64,000 nt of DNA from Chiloscyllium plagiosum (taxonomy: Eukaryota). This document shows, in pieces, positions 12,775 to 26,900 of this stretch. The DNA lies in the NCBI RefSeq assembly GCF_004010195.1, contig NC_057718.1, positions 81,416,864-81,480,863 on the forward strand. Reading direction: 5' to 3'. The position numbers and the translations under genes were made by a program. The notes under the pieces are model-generated. The model was not told the DNA's origin, did not search any database, and was given only the letters and a program-made list of their open reading frames with translations. How positions within the stretch are numbered: position 1 is the stretch's first letter; each line of letters opens with the position of its first letter.

Positions 12775-13112
12775 GATGAGATAGGGTGAATAGCCAAGGT
12801 CTTTTTTTCTCAGGATATGGGAGTCCAAAACTGGAGGGCATGGGTTTGACGTGAGAGGGGAAAGATTTAAAATGGACCTGAGGAGATACATTTTCATGCA
12901 AAGAGGGTTGCGTGTATGAAATGAGCTGCCAGAGGAGGTATTGGAGGCTGGTACAATTATAACATTTCAAAGGCATCTGGATCGGTAAATGGCTTTAAAG
13001 GGATAGGGGCCGAATACTGGAAAATAGGACTGGGTCAGATTAGGACGTCTGTTCAGTGTGAACAAGTTGGACCATAGAGTCTGTTTCTATGTTATGTAAC
13101 TCTTGTGACTAT
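12775..13112 (+). mobile_element. CR1 3'-end fragment
   Basis: Similar to the CR1 3' ends at 8280-8610 and 62300-62700. Confidence 0.85.
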
Positions 13113-13789
13113 AAGACCGATCCTGACAAGATTCCTTATCTGAAAATGTTACAGTTTAGGACAGTGCCTTGTATGTTACTATTTTTAAAAATCAAGATAG
13201 CAGTTTGGATTGCAGATTTGCCTAAATGTCTGCTTTCTATTATTGTGCAGATGTTTGTTAAACTACTGTGTAAAACTGGAAATATCTCTCTTTTCTGATG
13301 TCCTTCTAGGTTTCATTTCTTTTCTATCTCCAAATGAGAGAGCAATCAAACATGATAATTGAGGAATTGGTTAATTTGAGCATAAAGATTGCAGAGTGAA
13401 CTAGATCTTCCAAACGCCTCAAGGAACTTGAAGCTGTTTTCTAAAATTCTCATCTTTGTTTTCGAATCTCTTTGTGACCTCATCCTTCCCGAGCTCAATA
13501 ACTTCTTCCAGCTGCACAACTGTCTGAAATATCTATTCTCGTCTAATTCTGGTCTCTTGAATATCCTGATTTTAATGCTTTCGGTAACCTCTAGTCCTAA
13601 GCTCTTAAGTATTCTCTCTACACCTCTCCACCTCACTTTCCTCATATTAATACACTCCTTGAAATGGTCTCTTTGACCAAGCTTTTGGTCATCTAACCTA
13701 ATATCATCTTATATGGCTTGGTGTTGTTTTCTATAAAGGTCCTATGAAGTGCCTTGATGCATTTAATACATAAAAGCATGATATCATTG

Positions 13790-14840
13790 AATTGTTATGG
13801 TACTGGAGTCCATTTGGTGCATCATGTCTGTATTGGTTGTCCAATAACCATTGTGACTTAATGACATTTATCTGCACTTTCTCTGTACTGATGCATGATG
13901 CTTCTATTCAAATAATGTCCATTTAAATACTGACTTGATTTTGCCTCTGCCACACTTTCAGTTATGCATTACAGACCCGAACCACTGGTTGTCTGAAAAA
14001 AAGTGTTTTCTCACAATATATTTGCATATTATTAAAAATCTTTGCCCTCCTGTTGATGAGCAGGAAAGATTGTTCCTTACCTACTATATCCAGACCCCTC
14101 CTGTTTTCTCAAAACGTTTATCCGATCTTGTTTAGCTGCTTTTTCTCCAAGGAGAACTGTTTCAGTTTTTCCAGCTTCCCCTTATAACTGAAATTTCTCA
14201 TTCCTGGAACTGTTTTTGCAAATCTCGTCTATGCTTTGTCCTTGCTATAGTGTAGTTCCCTTACCTGAACAGAATAATCCAGCTGAGATCCAAACTTAAA
14301 CAGCCTCGTATAAGTTCAGCATGACCTCCTAGTTCCTGTACCCTATGTCTCTAGAAGTAATGCACAGGAAACTGCATACTTTATTTGTGCTTTCTCCACC
14401 TGTCCTCTCACTTTCAATGATCTGTGCAAATATACACTCGGCCCCCATTGCTCCCGACCCCCTTAAATTTTGTAACTCCCTATTTTGTGGTCTGTAAATA
14501 TTCTTCTTATCAAAATGCCTCACAGTTCTGCACATGGAACTTCTACTGCTAACTATCTGCCCAATTTACCCACTTGTCTCTGTCCATTTGGAGATCTGTA
14601 CTGTCCTGCTGTTTCATATGCCTCCAAGCTTCGTATCATCTCCAAATTTTGAAATTGTCCTCTGCACACCAAGATCTAGCTCATCAATATATATCAGGAA
14701 GAGGCAAAGTCCCAATATCAATCCCAAGGAGTTTCGCCCAGCTTGAAAAATATCCATTGGCTTACTCTCTGTTTCCTTTTACTCAGCCAATTATTTATCC
14801 ACATTACAACTGTTCCTTTTATTCCATGAACTGTAAGTAT
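13790..14840 (-). mobile_element. Old, degraded CR1 fragment
   Basis: Reverse-strand similarity to CR1 RT C-terminus and 3' UTR (e.g. ..ITSRDIGYRN). Confidence 0.6.
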
Positions 14841-16263
14841 TAGTTGTTGCTAGTCCATATTGTTGAGTAGGGTGGGTGCAAAATTCTTTTTATACTACTA
14901 CTGCTGAAAAGGAATCTATGATGAAATGCAGTTAATAAAAGAAGTACTCTCTCCCTCTCTCTTAATTGATAAAATGAATCTCTTTTCTGAGTACATAATG
15001 AGCTAAGCAATTCAGAATGTTTTGAATCACATCACAGATTTTTGTTAATAATTTAGATTACTGAAAAATGTGTTACATTCTATTTGTTTATTGCTTGAGG
15101 AGCCATTACATGTATGGAAAATTCTCTTCTTTTTATCCATGATCCAGTGGGAATTGCAGATGGAAGCATTGAGAGAAAACGAGGGAGCAAAGTAGAATCA
15201 GGAAAAGAAAATCAATCTTTTCACTACTTGTATATATTTTCTCCTCTTAATTTTCCTTCCCACTGAAGGCAGTTACTGTAGTTTCTGACTATGTGACCAT
15301 GACATTGTTCTTCTATGTAATAGTTGAAATAGTGAATGTCAGAAAGCTTTTGATAAGGAGGACAAGGTTCATCAGAGTAGAGCCTTTTTTTTTGCTTCAA
15401 CTAGCTCCCCTCTCCTCTAAATGCAACTAATTCAGCACAGATTGTGTCTCTCAATAAAGAAATTTCTGGTCCACATGACTCAGTTGCATGTAACCTTTCT
15501 AAGGTGAACCATCAGGAGAGCGAGGTTTGACAAAGTCTAATATTAGATAAGTATGAATTTTCAAAAATTATTAGCTCATATGCATTTTGAGGTGTTTTAA
15601 TGACTACCCTGACATTAGATTCTAGGGATTTCTATTTTAATTATTCATTGTCAGGATGGTATTGATTTTGCATTTATTGTCTGTCCTTCGTTGTCCTAAG
15701 ATGATTCTAATGGTTACCAACTTTATAGCAATACGACTGAATGGTTTGCAAATACACTTGGAGTGACAGTCACCCACTTTGGCATGGATCTAGAGTTGCA
15801 CTGATACCAGATGAGGACAGGATGGCAAATTTCCTTCCCTGAAGGACACTATTGGATCAGTTTTGTATTGCAATGTACTTAAAGCTGCTTGACTATTTTT
15901 GAACTTTACCAATCTTTGTTTTCCAGGTTTAAAAAAGACTTCAGTTTTCAGATTTGAACTCTCATTTCTTGTATCTTTAGTTCAGGCTTGTTCCAAATTT
16001 TTCATTGTTCTGCAATCTTATAAGACAAAAGTTTCGTTTTATTATTTTTACATTGAACTATATATAGTCATCCTAACTGTCCAAAACACACATGAAGAAC
16101 TGAATCTAATTTTATGTTAGAAATCTTTTTGAATCTAATTGTATATTAGAAAGTCAGTTGATCTTTATTGCATTGCTGCTGTATGAAGCACATCTCTCTG
16201 TATATGTTTGTTCATGTAGATGATTTTAGCCCAAAGTTTATTTCTCAATCGTCAAATGCTTCA

Positions 16264-17229
16264 GTTCTGTCAGAAGACACCAGAGACACCAATATCCTCC
16301 TTTAACCAACATCTGTCCATAAAATGCACAATAGCAACAAAAATCCATTGTCTCTATGCACTTCAGAATATTATGTGTATCAACGAGTACCTCCTTGAGA
16401 ATTATTACCGATTTACTAGCTCCTGAACCAATTTTTAAAATTAGACTTCTATTCACACTAGCATTTTTGCAGCTGATATGGCTTAATTTGAACCAGGTAT
16501 TTCTTTTCTTAATTTTTTTTATTTAAATAAAAACACTGAAATGTTATGCCTGAAATTAACTTTCAAATATTCCTGAATAATATTCTGGCAACAAATATCA
16601 CTATAAACTAAAATGTTCTCCTGTAGCTATGGACAGGACTTGATATATTGAAAGTTAACAGTTAAACTGAGACAATACGATAGAATCTCATAAAGTGGAG
16701 AACAAGAACTAATTGATAGAAGTCTGTTGTTTTCAAATGTTTTTTTCCTGCTGGTGACAGAACCATCTTAGTGCACCTTAACAAAAGACTGCTTCACATT
16801 GAAGTATTATATTTTAAAATTAACCAGGCAATGTTAGACATTAAGACCTAGTGTAATATCTGGGTTACCACACAACTGAGCTCTCTTTCCCAACTCCTCC
16901 AATGCCCCCCTCCTCCTCCCACTGCCACCACCAAATTTGACTACGCTCCAAAACAAAACTATCTGACTATCTCCCGAAAATCTTCCTTGACTTGACAATC
17001 CGTCCTCTCCTGTCTCAGTAACTACTCTGGACCTAACTGCCCATTCCTAACTGATCTTAGCCCCATCCTGAATGCCAACATGAGTCAACCATACATCCCT
17101 CCTACACTTCTAACCACCTAACTACTCTCCACTGTCTGACTTCCCCTGCCACCCAACCTGCAGCGCTCATTCCACTGCTTTCGAGATTCAGGTTCCATTG
17201 TCTGCCATGCACATGAAATCTTTTGTTTT
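16264..17229 (+). repeat. Left arm (~966 bp) of a long inverted repeat
   Basis: Reverse complement of 20292-21583 once the SINE there is removed; roughly 90% identical by eye. Confidence 0.95.
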
Positions 17230-19075
17230 TATCAGGTGAAGTAACTACTGAGCTAAAGCGGATGTCAAAAGTTAATGATGGCATCAACAGAATAGTGAGG
17301 GATGGTCTTAGTTCAGGAAACCAAGTTAGGTGGAAATCAGAAATGATAAAAGGAGATACTTTAGTTGCAGGAGTGACATACAAGTCCTCTAACAGTAACC
17401 ATACATTAGGGTGGAGCATAAAGAAAGAAATAATCAGAGGTTGGCAAAAAGGAATGGTGATAATTTTTGGAGATTTTAAATCTACAAGTAGAATTGTGAA
17501 GGCAGATGGGCAAAATTAGCCTAGAAAAGGAAGTCATAGAATGTTTTCAGGATAGTTTCTTAGAACGGCATGCTCTGGAGCCAAGAAAGCAGGCTACACT
17601 AGCCTGATGCTGTGGATTAGATTAGATTACAGTGTGGAAACAGGCCCTTCGGACCAACAAGTCCACACCGACCCGCCGAAGCAAAACCCACCAATACCCC
17701 TACATTTGCCCCTTACCTAACACTACGGGCAATTTAGTATGGCCAATTCACCTGACCCTGCACATCTTTGTACTGTGGGAGGAAACCGGAGCACCCGGAG
17801 GAAACCCACGCAGACACGGGGAGAATGTGCAAACTCCACACAGTCGCCTGAGGCGGGAATTGAACCCGGGTCTCTGGCGCTGTGAGGCAGCAGTGCTAAC
17901 CACTGGGCCACCGTGCTGCCCACTAATTAGGATAGGATTAATTAACTATCTCATAGTAAAGAGCACTCCTAGGTTGCAGCAATGATATTATGTCTAAATT
18001 TTACATTTCGTTTGAAGGACAGAAGGGACTTTGAGACTATTTTTTTCAAAAAACTTAACTAAGGGCAATTATGGCTAGATTAACTTAGGATATCTAGTCT
18101 GCATGGACAAGTTGGACTGAAGGGTCTGTTTCTGTGCTATACATCTCTATACTGTATGACAACATAAAAGCACACATGAAGTGACTAGATAAATTTGAGT
18201 AAAAGATGAGTCAATGGAAATTTGATTGCAGATGTTTAAGGGGGTATTTCCTAATACACAAAATACATTCCTACAAGCAAAGAAAAAAAAGGGGATGGAT
18301 GCCCCCATCCATAGTTAACATGAAATGGTAAAGATGGCATCAAAATAAAAAAACAAGCACATAATTATGCAGGCAAGTGGCAGGTCAGAACAGTGGATGA
18401 AATTTAAAAAATAATAAAGAATGGCCAAAAAATTAGTAAGCAGAGAACATTTAGAGTTTGTGAGAAAGAGTTGGTCAGAAATATAAAAACAGATAGCAAG
18501 AGGTTCTGTAAACATTCAAAAGATTCAATGAAATGAGCAGCTGCCTTATAAAAGAGTAAAAATGAAGAATGAATAATGAAAAATATGAAACTGACAGATG
18601 AGTTGAACAAGTTTTGTCCTTGTTTTCACTATAGAGGATACAAGGTATATCATAGAAGCCGCGATAAATCAGGAAATGGAAGGAATGGAGGAACTCAGGA
18701 AAATCACAATCACCAGAGAAGTGGCACTAAGTAAATTGTTGGAACTGCAGGCTAACAAGTATCCATGTCCTGATGGACTTCAGTTCAGAGTTTCAAACGA
18801 AATGGCAAGAGGGAGAGTTAATGCCTTGGTTTTGATTTTCAGATACTCCCTTGATTTGGGACTGTTCAATTAGGTTGGAAGATAGTGAACATAATTCATT
18901 TTTTCAAAAAGTAAGGAATTCAGAAAGCAGGAAACTAGGAACTACAGGCAAGAGAGCTTAACATCTGTCATAGGGAAAATGTTAGAAGCTATTCTTAAAG
19001 AAATTATAGCAAGGCACTTGAATAGGTTCAATGTAATGAGGCAGAGTCAACATGAATTTGTGAAAGGATTTGATC
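17230..19075 (+). mobile_element. CR1 ORF2 remnant (endonuclease to start of RT), interrupted by a SINE
   Basis: GVTYKSSNS, IIFGDF and KYPCPDGL motifs. It begins abruptly at the arm boundary. Confidence 0.75.
17615..17922 (-). mobile_element. HE1-like SINE
   Basis: Full tRNA head (gggcagcacggtggcccagtggttagc) and (ctaat)n tail. Confidence 0.92.
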
Positions 19076-19082
19076 AGGTCTG

Positions 19083-19555
19083 TGATGGAATACTAACCAT
19101 ACCCCTGGATGCGTGCAGCTCCAACTACACTCAATAAGCTTGACATCATTCAGGACAAAGCAGCTTTCTTGATTGGCACTACATCCACATCTTTCATTCC
19201 CTCCACCATCGACGCACAGTAGCACCAGTGTGCATCATGTACAAGATGCACGGCAGAAATTTGACAAGGCTCCTTAGATTGCACTATCTAGGAGTATCTA
19301 TATTTGGGGACATCACCATCTGAGAGTTCCTTCCCAAGCTATACACCATCCAGACATTGCAAAATAATACTGTTTCTTAAGTGTCACCAGATCAAAATTC
19401 TGGAACTCCCTCCTTAACAGTATTCTGGGTATACTTACACCAATTGGACTGCTGCAGCTCAACCAGGCAGCTCATTCTTTCTCAAGGGCAATTGAGGATG
19501 GAGAATAAATGCTGGTCAGCCAGCAATGCCCACATCAGTTGAATAAATAAAAAAA
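19083..19555 (+). mobile_element. LINE 3'-end fragment (partner of the second SINE family)
   Basis: RT C-terminus-like text; tail shared with the SINE at 11707-12055. Confidence 0.65.
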
Positions 19556-20291
19556 CTCTTATCATATACTGTTTCTTTCTTGCAGCACACATTTGCAGTT
19601 GGGTATGGGCAGAGGAAGGAACGGATAACAGCATGGTGAGATTAAATGGCTGATTCAGAGTGCAAAGCACTGGGCAATGTGCCTGGGAAATGTAGAATTA
19701 GACATCAATAAGCAGATTTAGTACCACAGAGATTCCCAGAAAAGTATTCATAACGGATAAGTCATTTGATTCCAGAGCTTCTTTGGTAACATGATAGACA
19801 AATAAACATTGAGAGGTTGAGGCCTTGACTGATCGATACAAATGCTTAGGATGATCGTTTGTCAATTCCTGAGAGTAGTTATCTTTTTGGTATTGTCGAA
19901 ATTCAGTACAATCTAATACACACGCAAGAGAAAGGATGTACTCAGAATCTCAGACATTCTCATTCTTGTTAAAGGCTCACTGTGCTGTTCTGAGAAGAGG
20001 ATATTATTACAGTAATGTTTAAAGGCAACTGTGCATATGTATGAAGCAATAATTTAACTTTTATATACTTAAAGTGGAGCTGATGAACAGCTATTATTTA
20101 GGCCTGTGATTTTATGGTGTACATCTTTGAGTAATGTGGAAAATTCTAAGGAAACACTTGAGAGGAAATATTTTGCATAGTGTTTGAAGAACAGCAAAAA
20201 GCAAAATAAAACTTATTTAAAGATACAAGAACATAAGAGACCAAAACACTGAGCTAATAACAAAGAACATTTACCAACAATTCTATACCAC

Positions 20292-21583
20292 AAAACAAAA
20301 GATTTCATGTGCATGGCAGACGATGGAACCTGAATCTCGAAAGCAGTGAAATGAGCGCTGCAGGTTGGGTGGCAGGGGCAAGTCAGACAGTGGAGAGTAG
20401 TTAGGTGGTTAGAAGTGTGGGAGGGATGTATGGTTGACTCATGTTGGCATTCAGGGTGGGGCTAAGATCAGTTAGGAATGGGTAGTTAGGTCCAGAGTAG
20501 TTACTGAGACAGGAGAGGAGGGGTTATCAAGTCAAGGAAGATTTTCAGGAGATAGTCAGGTAGTTTTGTTTTGGAGCGTCGTCAAATTTGGTGGTGGCGG
20601 TGGGAGGAGGAGGGGGGCATTGGAGGAGTTGGGAAAGAACTGATGGTCATGAGGCATCAGTTGTGTGATAACCCAGACATTACACTAGGTCTTAATGTCT
20701 AACATTGCCTGGTTAATTTTCAAATATAATACTTCAATGTGAAGCAGTCTTTTGTTAAGGTGCACGAAATGGTTCTGTCACCAGCAGGAAAAAAAATTTG
20801 AAAACAACAGACTTCTATCAATTAGTTCTTCTTCTCCACTTTGAGATTCTATCGTATTGTTTCAGTTTAACTGCCAATTTTCAATATATCAAGTCCTGTC
20901 CATAGTTACAGGAGAACATATTAGTTTATAGTGATACTCGTTGCCAGAATATTAGATTAGATTAGTTACAGTGTGGAAGCAACAAGTCCACACTGACCTA
21001 CCGAAGCACAACACACCCAGATCCATTCCCTCACATTTACCCCTTCGCCTAACGCTACGGGCAATTTAGCATGGCCAATTCACCTAACCTGCACGTTTTT
21101 GGACTGTGGGAGGTAACCGGAGCACCCGGAGGAAACCCATGCAGACACGGGGAGAATGTGCAAACTCCACACAGTCAGTCGCCTGAGGTGGGAATTGAAC
21201 CCGGATCTCTGGCGCTGTGAGGCAGCAGTGCTAACCACTGTGCCGCCGTGACACCCTTTATTCAGGGGTGTTTGAAAGTTAATTTCAGGCATAACATTTC
21301 AGTGTTTTTATTTAAATAAAAAAAATTAAGAAAAGAAATACCAGGTTCAAATTAAGCCATATCAGCTGCAAAAATGCTGGAGCGAATAAAAATCTAATTT
21401 TTAAGTGGGCAGAATATTGATTCAGGAGCTGGTAATTCAGAAATAATTCTCAAGGAGGTACTCGCTGATACACATGACATTCTGAAGTGCATAGAGACAA
21501 TGGAGTTTTGTTGCTTTTGTGCATTTTATGGACAGATATTGGTAAAGGAGGATATTGGTGTCTCTGGTGTATTCTGACAGAAC
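20292..21583 (-). repeat. Right arm of the long inverted repeat (contains a SINE insertion)
   Basis: Reverse complement of 16264-17229. Confidence 0.95.
20952..21257 (-). mobile_element. HE1-like SINE present in only one arm of the inverted repeat
   Basis: The empty site ttgccagaata|ttattcagg is preserved (as reverse complement) in the left arm at ~16572-16592. Confidence 0.92.
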
Positions 21584-22800
21584 AAACCCACATTCCACTT
21601 CTTTCTAATTTCCTGTCATTCCTAAATGTCATGTATTCTTCTTAATTCAGGTCCCAATCCGTGTCATCCTGTAGACCTGTCTTTGTAATGGCTGCCAGCC
21701 ATTTCTTATTCTTTTCTAATTGCAATCTCTTTTGTTTCACATGCAATACACATTCAACAATGGAGTCTTTCATTTTATACTTTTACTGTCTTTAAATATT
21801 CAAGCTCATCTGTTGGTTGATTCATTACTCTATTGCTTCCCTGTCACAGCTTGATTATTATTTCCCATCTTAATCTGTTTCTCTTTGCCCTTGATTTCTA
21901 CTCTTCCTAAATTTGATCCCTTGCTCTCACTATTCAGTTTAAAATCCTTTTCATTTGCCTAATTATATGGTTGGCAAATATATCAGCCTTGACACTTGAG
22001 GTGGTGACTGTCCCATCGGTACAAATCCCACTTGCCTTATTACTGGTTCCAATGCTTCATGAACTCAAACTCCCATATCAGTCTTTTGAGCTACACATTC
22101 ATCTCTCTAATCTGATTTTCCCTTTGCCAATTTGCATGTGCTTCATGTTATACAGCAGAGATTATGACTGTTGAGGTTCTCCTCCTCATTTGGAATCTCC
22201 TTCCTCATACTGACTAAGCCAATCCTCCTCCTCTGTCATGCCAATTCCATTGGTTACTGCACAGACTATAATGACTGGATCCTCCCCCTTGGATGCAAGT
22301 TTCAGAGCAGGTGTTCCAAATCTTGGCAGTGAGCAGTTATCACTTTTATCTGGACTCATGCTGTTTGCAGCAGAGAACAGTGTCAATACCCTTCGCCACA
22401 ATTACCTCTCCTACAATTATGACAACTGCAAAATTCCATTTCATTCCCCTCTATTGAATGGTTTCCTGTGTCATGGTCAGTTAGCTCATCTACACCACAG
22501 CACTGTCTCTTAACCAAACAAGATGAACAAAATCTCAAAATAGCTGGACAATGAAAAAAGTTGTTGGTCCTGCCATCTGGGCTCCCTTACAGATCCTAGC
22601 TTTGCTAACAGTCAAATTTTCCTGACTCTGAATCCTGACCAAATCAGGCAACCTAGCCCTAATAGATGCCTGCTGGTATAAGGAATCTGATAATGTTTCC
22701 CCTCTCTGATGCATCACAATGTCTGTAATTCAGCTTCCAGCTCTCAAATTGAGATGAAGCGATTCAAACTTTCAATACTTGCTGCAAATGTATTTGTAAT
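21584..22800 (-). mobile_element. 5' part of a CR1 (ORF1 esterase-like domain and start of the ORF2 endonuclease)
   Basis: ORF 22186..22401 contains GEDPVIIVCAVTNGIG, resembling the CR1 ORF1 SGNH motif VHVGTND. ORF 21450..21632 begins MTFRNDRKLERSG, an endonuclease motif. Confidence 0.72.
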
Positions 22801-23942
22801 AAAGCCTTTCTGACTTATTTTATGAGAATCCAATTGCAGCTGTTTACATTTAAATCAGCTGTTCTTTCACTGGAAGACTTGCTAAAATCCTGCTTAAGGC
22901 TGGTAACTACAGAATTTAAACTGTAGATTTCAATTTTAAACTCTAACTCTCACCCTAACCAACTACAAACTAAATTAGATTTTTACAAAATGAGAAATTT
23001 AATTTTTATACTCAACAACTGCAGGCATTCAGTCCTCAATTATCAGCACAAAGGAGTGAGTAAATACTAAATAACTAGCAATACTTCAAAATGAACAGAC
23101 TACATGTACTGAAGTGATTTTGAAGTGTGGAAAACATATTGGACCACTACATCTCAATTGCAAGTTTTGCTATTTGTCTTCCTTCTGGGTGGCAGCTTGT
23201 GGAGCTTTCTTTCCGGCAAACGTCAACCAAAGTCGGTTTGTTATCCAATCAGCAATCTCTTATCTTCTTGTCTAAATTGTTGTGTTCATTTAAAATTCAA
23301 CAATTTTTTTCCATTTGTCTTCATGAATACAAGGTGAAGAACTCTTACAACATATCTCTCTTTTCACCATTATTCCACTTCAAGAAGTAATTACATTTTC
23401 CAGTCAGCATTATCATAATTGTTGAATATAAATACAACTCATGTCAAGGAAGCAAAATTACTTTACTTGCTATTAATCTCTTCATGCTTCCAATTCATAG
23501 GTCACATCTCTATGCAACTGAAGTAAAATGCAAAACTGCTGAAGTGTGATCACCACCATGAAAATTAATTTACCAGGGATAGACTCCGAATGAGGTAGCG
23601 ATGCATCCTAGTTTCTCTTTCACACTTAGGGAAATCAAAACAAATACCAGCTAGAGGCTGCCTCATGTGGGAGCCTTGCTTTCCTAAAATTTGACCCCAA
23701 ACATTTGAAGAGATATTCGGGTAGATGACCAAAGATCTGTCAAAGAGAGAGATTTTAAGTATCTAAGAGGAATAAAGGTAGCGTGGGTTTTGGAGGGAAT
23801 TCCTGAGCTTCAGGCTTTGAGATCTGAAGGCATAGCTTCGAAGGATGGTGAATTAAAATTATGATGTGGAAGATGCAAGACTTGGAGGAGTGCAGAAATC
23901 TTAAAGGAGCTGAAGGAAATTACAGAGATAGAAAAAGCAAAG

Positions 23943-26900
23943 TGAAATAACCCCACAGAGGCCGGTACCCCATCTCCAAGTCACCCTTTATTTACACATG
24001 AAAGTCCTTGATACTGGTATCCAACTCCCTCAGAGCCAGCTCTGAGTGTCAGAATGACATCCACTTGGCTGACCTTATTACAATCACTACATTCCTTCCC
24101 TCTGAGTCCGAGGACACAGGCCAGTCCTTTTTCCTGTAGCACGTCCTCAAGCTTTTCAGGTTCCTCCAAGTCTGTACCAGATGCAAGCAGCATGTAATGC
24201 ACAGGAGTTCATCTCTTTCACCTGGAACGTTGTGGCAGAAATTCATTTTCTTCTTCTCGTAGCAAAGGCATTGATGCTGGAGATCCACCAAGTCCATCTC
24301 AGATTCAGAGTGCACGTCAACACTTGACAGAGAGGGAGAATCGACAGATTCCTATAGCCTTTATAATGTTCTGAGGAGCAGGGCACATTTTGCTCCCGCA
24401 CTGTTTAAGAGTTTACAGCTTTCTTACAGTCCACATGCTTGTTCAGAGCCATCACTCTTAACCAAGCTTTATATGTCGCTGGTCCTGACCTTGCATTGGC
24501 CAACCCTCATATCCATGCAGGGCCATTTCCGTTTTCCAAATCAAACTTTGTCCGCTGTAGTAAGCTCTCTCTCTGTTACTTGGTGGAGTCTGGCATCTGG
24601 TGTTTCTGATGCTGTTTCACCCTTCCCTGGGAAGAACATATTTAACCTGGTACAGGGTCTTCTCCCCATTAGCAACTCTGCTGGGGCTATTTCTATACTT
24701 GCATGAGCAAGTATAGTATAGTCCTATAATCAAATAGGAACTGGGACAGTTTGGTATCGAGTGAGGCTGTAGGCTGTTTCTTCAAACCTGTCTTCAAAGC
24801 TTGGACTGCTCTGTTTTCCAACCCATTGGGTGATAGTATGGAGCTGTCCTTATATGTCAAATCTCATTTGACTTTAGGAAGTACTCAAATTCCCTCCTGG
24901 TAAACAATGGCTCATTATCTGTGACCAACGCTTCCAGGAGCCTTTGTATTGCAAACGATGCTCACAATTTTTCTGTTGTCGTTGTCATGTTTGATGAATG
25001 AACTCTATGCACATGTTGGCCTCGGTCATGACTTAAGAGCATTGAGCCCGTGAAAGGAACCTGCATGGTCGATGTGTATTTGAGTCCAGGATTTACTCGG
25101 CCATTCTCTCAAATGGGGAAATTCTGGCAGTAAATTTTGCCCTCATTGGCACTCTTGGCATTGTCCTACCAATGTGGCTATGTTTGCATCCAAGTCTGGC
25201 TACCAGGTACAACGTCTCACCAACATCTTCATTTTGGAAACCCCTAGATGAGCCTGGTGGAGTTCAGCCAGTATCTGGCAGTGACCTTTACTTGCAACAA
25301 TCACTGTTGCTCCCTGTCCTCAAATGTGATCTGGTCTCACCAGGTCCAAGATGGTTTCAATTCTGGTTGTGACAGCCCTTTGGTTTCCCCCATTACCATC
25401 AGCGTTTTCAGTTTGGCCCGACTGGATCTTTCTGCGCCCATAATCTGATATTGTCAGCTTGGACAGGAAATGTGTCCAGCAATATTTAAGACCATTATAG
25501 ACTTTTCCAGTGGCAGGTGCCACCAATGGGAATTTGCCTGAGCGAGGGAGCTCAATGCATCCGCATTTGCTTCCTGGCCTCCCGGACAGTATTCCAACTT
25601 GTAATTATATGTACTTCATATTAAGACCTATCACTGAATTTGTCCTGAATCTATAGCCTTGTCCTTTTTAAGTAGACCTAGCAAAGCTTGTGGTCTGTTA
25701 TTATTAGAAATTTATACCCATAAAGGTATTGGTGGAACTTTCTGACTCCAAATATGACTGCCAAACCTACCTTCTCTGTCTGGGTGAACTTATGCTCTGC
25801 ATTAGCCAAAGTCCTAGATGCATATGCTATTTGGCATTCCTATCCATTAGGCCATCAATGAGCTAATGCTATCTTGATGCTATATGGGGAGACAGCACAT
25901 GTTGTTACCAGATCTAGTTTGGGATCATAGTGTGCCAACACCTTGTATGATGATAACTGTGTCTTCACTTCCTTGAAAGCTATGGCTTGGCTATGCAACC
26001 ATTTCCAAGGCTGACCCTTTTTTAGGAATTGATGGAAAGGTGGGATGGAGGCTAAGTTATGTATGAACTTGCTGTAATAATTCATCAGCCAAAGAAAGAT
26101 CTAAACTCCAGTGCAGGCATGGGAGCCAGGGCATCTTTGATCACCCTCACTTCATCTTCCAATAGGTGCAACCCGGTCTTGTCAACTCTATAGCCCAAGT
26201 ATATGACTTGTGGGACTGATGCATGCATTTCTCCCATCTTAGGCCTACACCCGCCTGGGAGAAAAATGTAAGGACTATGTCCAAGTTCTCTAAGCGCTCC
26301 TTATTGGTTTTCCCTCTTATTAGCACATCACCAAAACAAATGGCAACCTAGGGTAGACCCTGTAACATGTTCTCCACTGTCTGCTGAAAAATTGCACAGG
26401 CTAACAATATCCCAAATGGCAGTCTCATAAATTGATACAAACTCTCATGAGTATTATAGCATACTTCTGGGAATTCTCATCTAACCGCAGTTACAAGTAC
26501 GCATAGCTCATGTCCAGCTTCGTGAAGGACTGTCCCCCACCAGCTTTGCATATAATCCTCAATGCGAGCTATTGGGTGTTTATTCAGGTGCAAAAAATGG
26601 TTTGCCATTCATTTAAAATCCCTACAAAGGCAAGCCGACCTTCAAAATGAGTACTACCGGTGCTGCCTATTCGCAACCTGAACTGGTTTGATGATTCCTT
26701 CACTTTCTAGCCTCCAGACTTCTGCTTCTACTTTCGCCTGGAAGACAAATAGTACTGTTCAGGTTTGCAGGAACATGGAATTACTTCCTGATCGACATGC
26801 AGGGTGGCCTTGGCTCCTTTGATAGTCTCTAGACCTTCCTGAAAGACTTCTGGACAGGTAATCAGACTTCACTCAGACAACTATTTTCTAATCGAAAAAT

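Noticed and set aside
13201..13298. cag|VWIADLP... as a diverged QKI-7 exon
   Set aside because: No polypyrimidine tract and only WI matches.
16536..16560. tgaaatgttatgcctgaaatt (VMPEI), resembling QKI-7 'VMPDI'
   Set aside because: No acceptor AG, an in-frame stop just upstream and a 4-nt gap relative to the expected codons; likely chance.
16264..21583. DNA transposon with 1-kb terminal inverted repeats
   Set aside because: No TSD and no transposase remnant; the split CR1 is better explained by an inversion.
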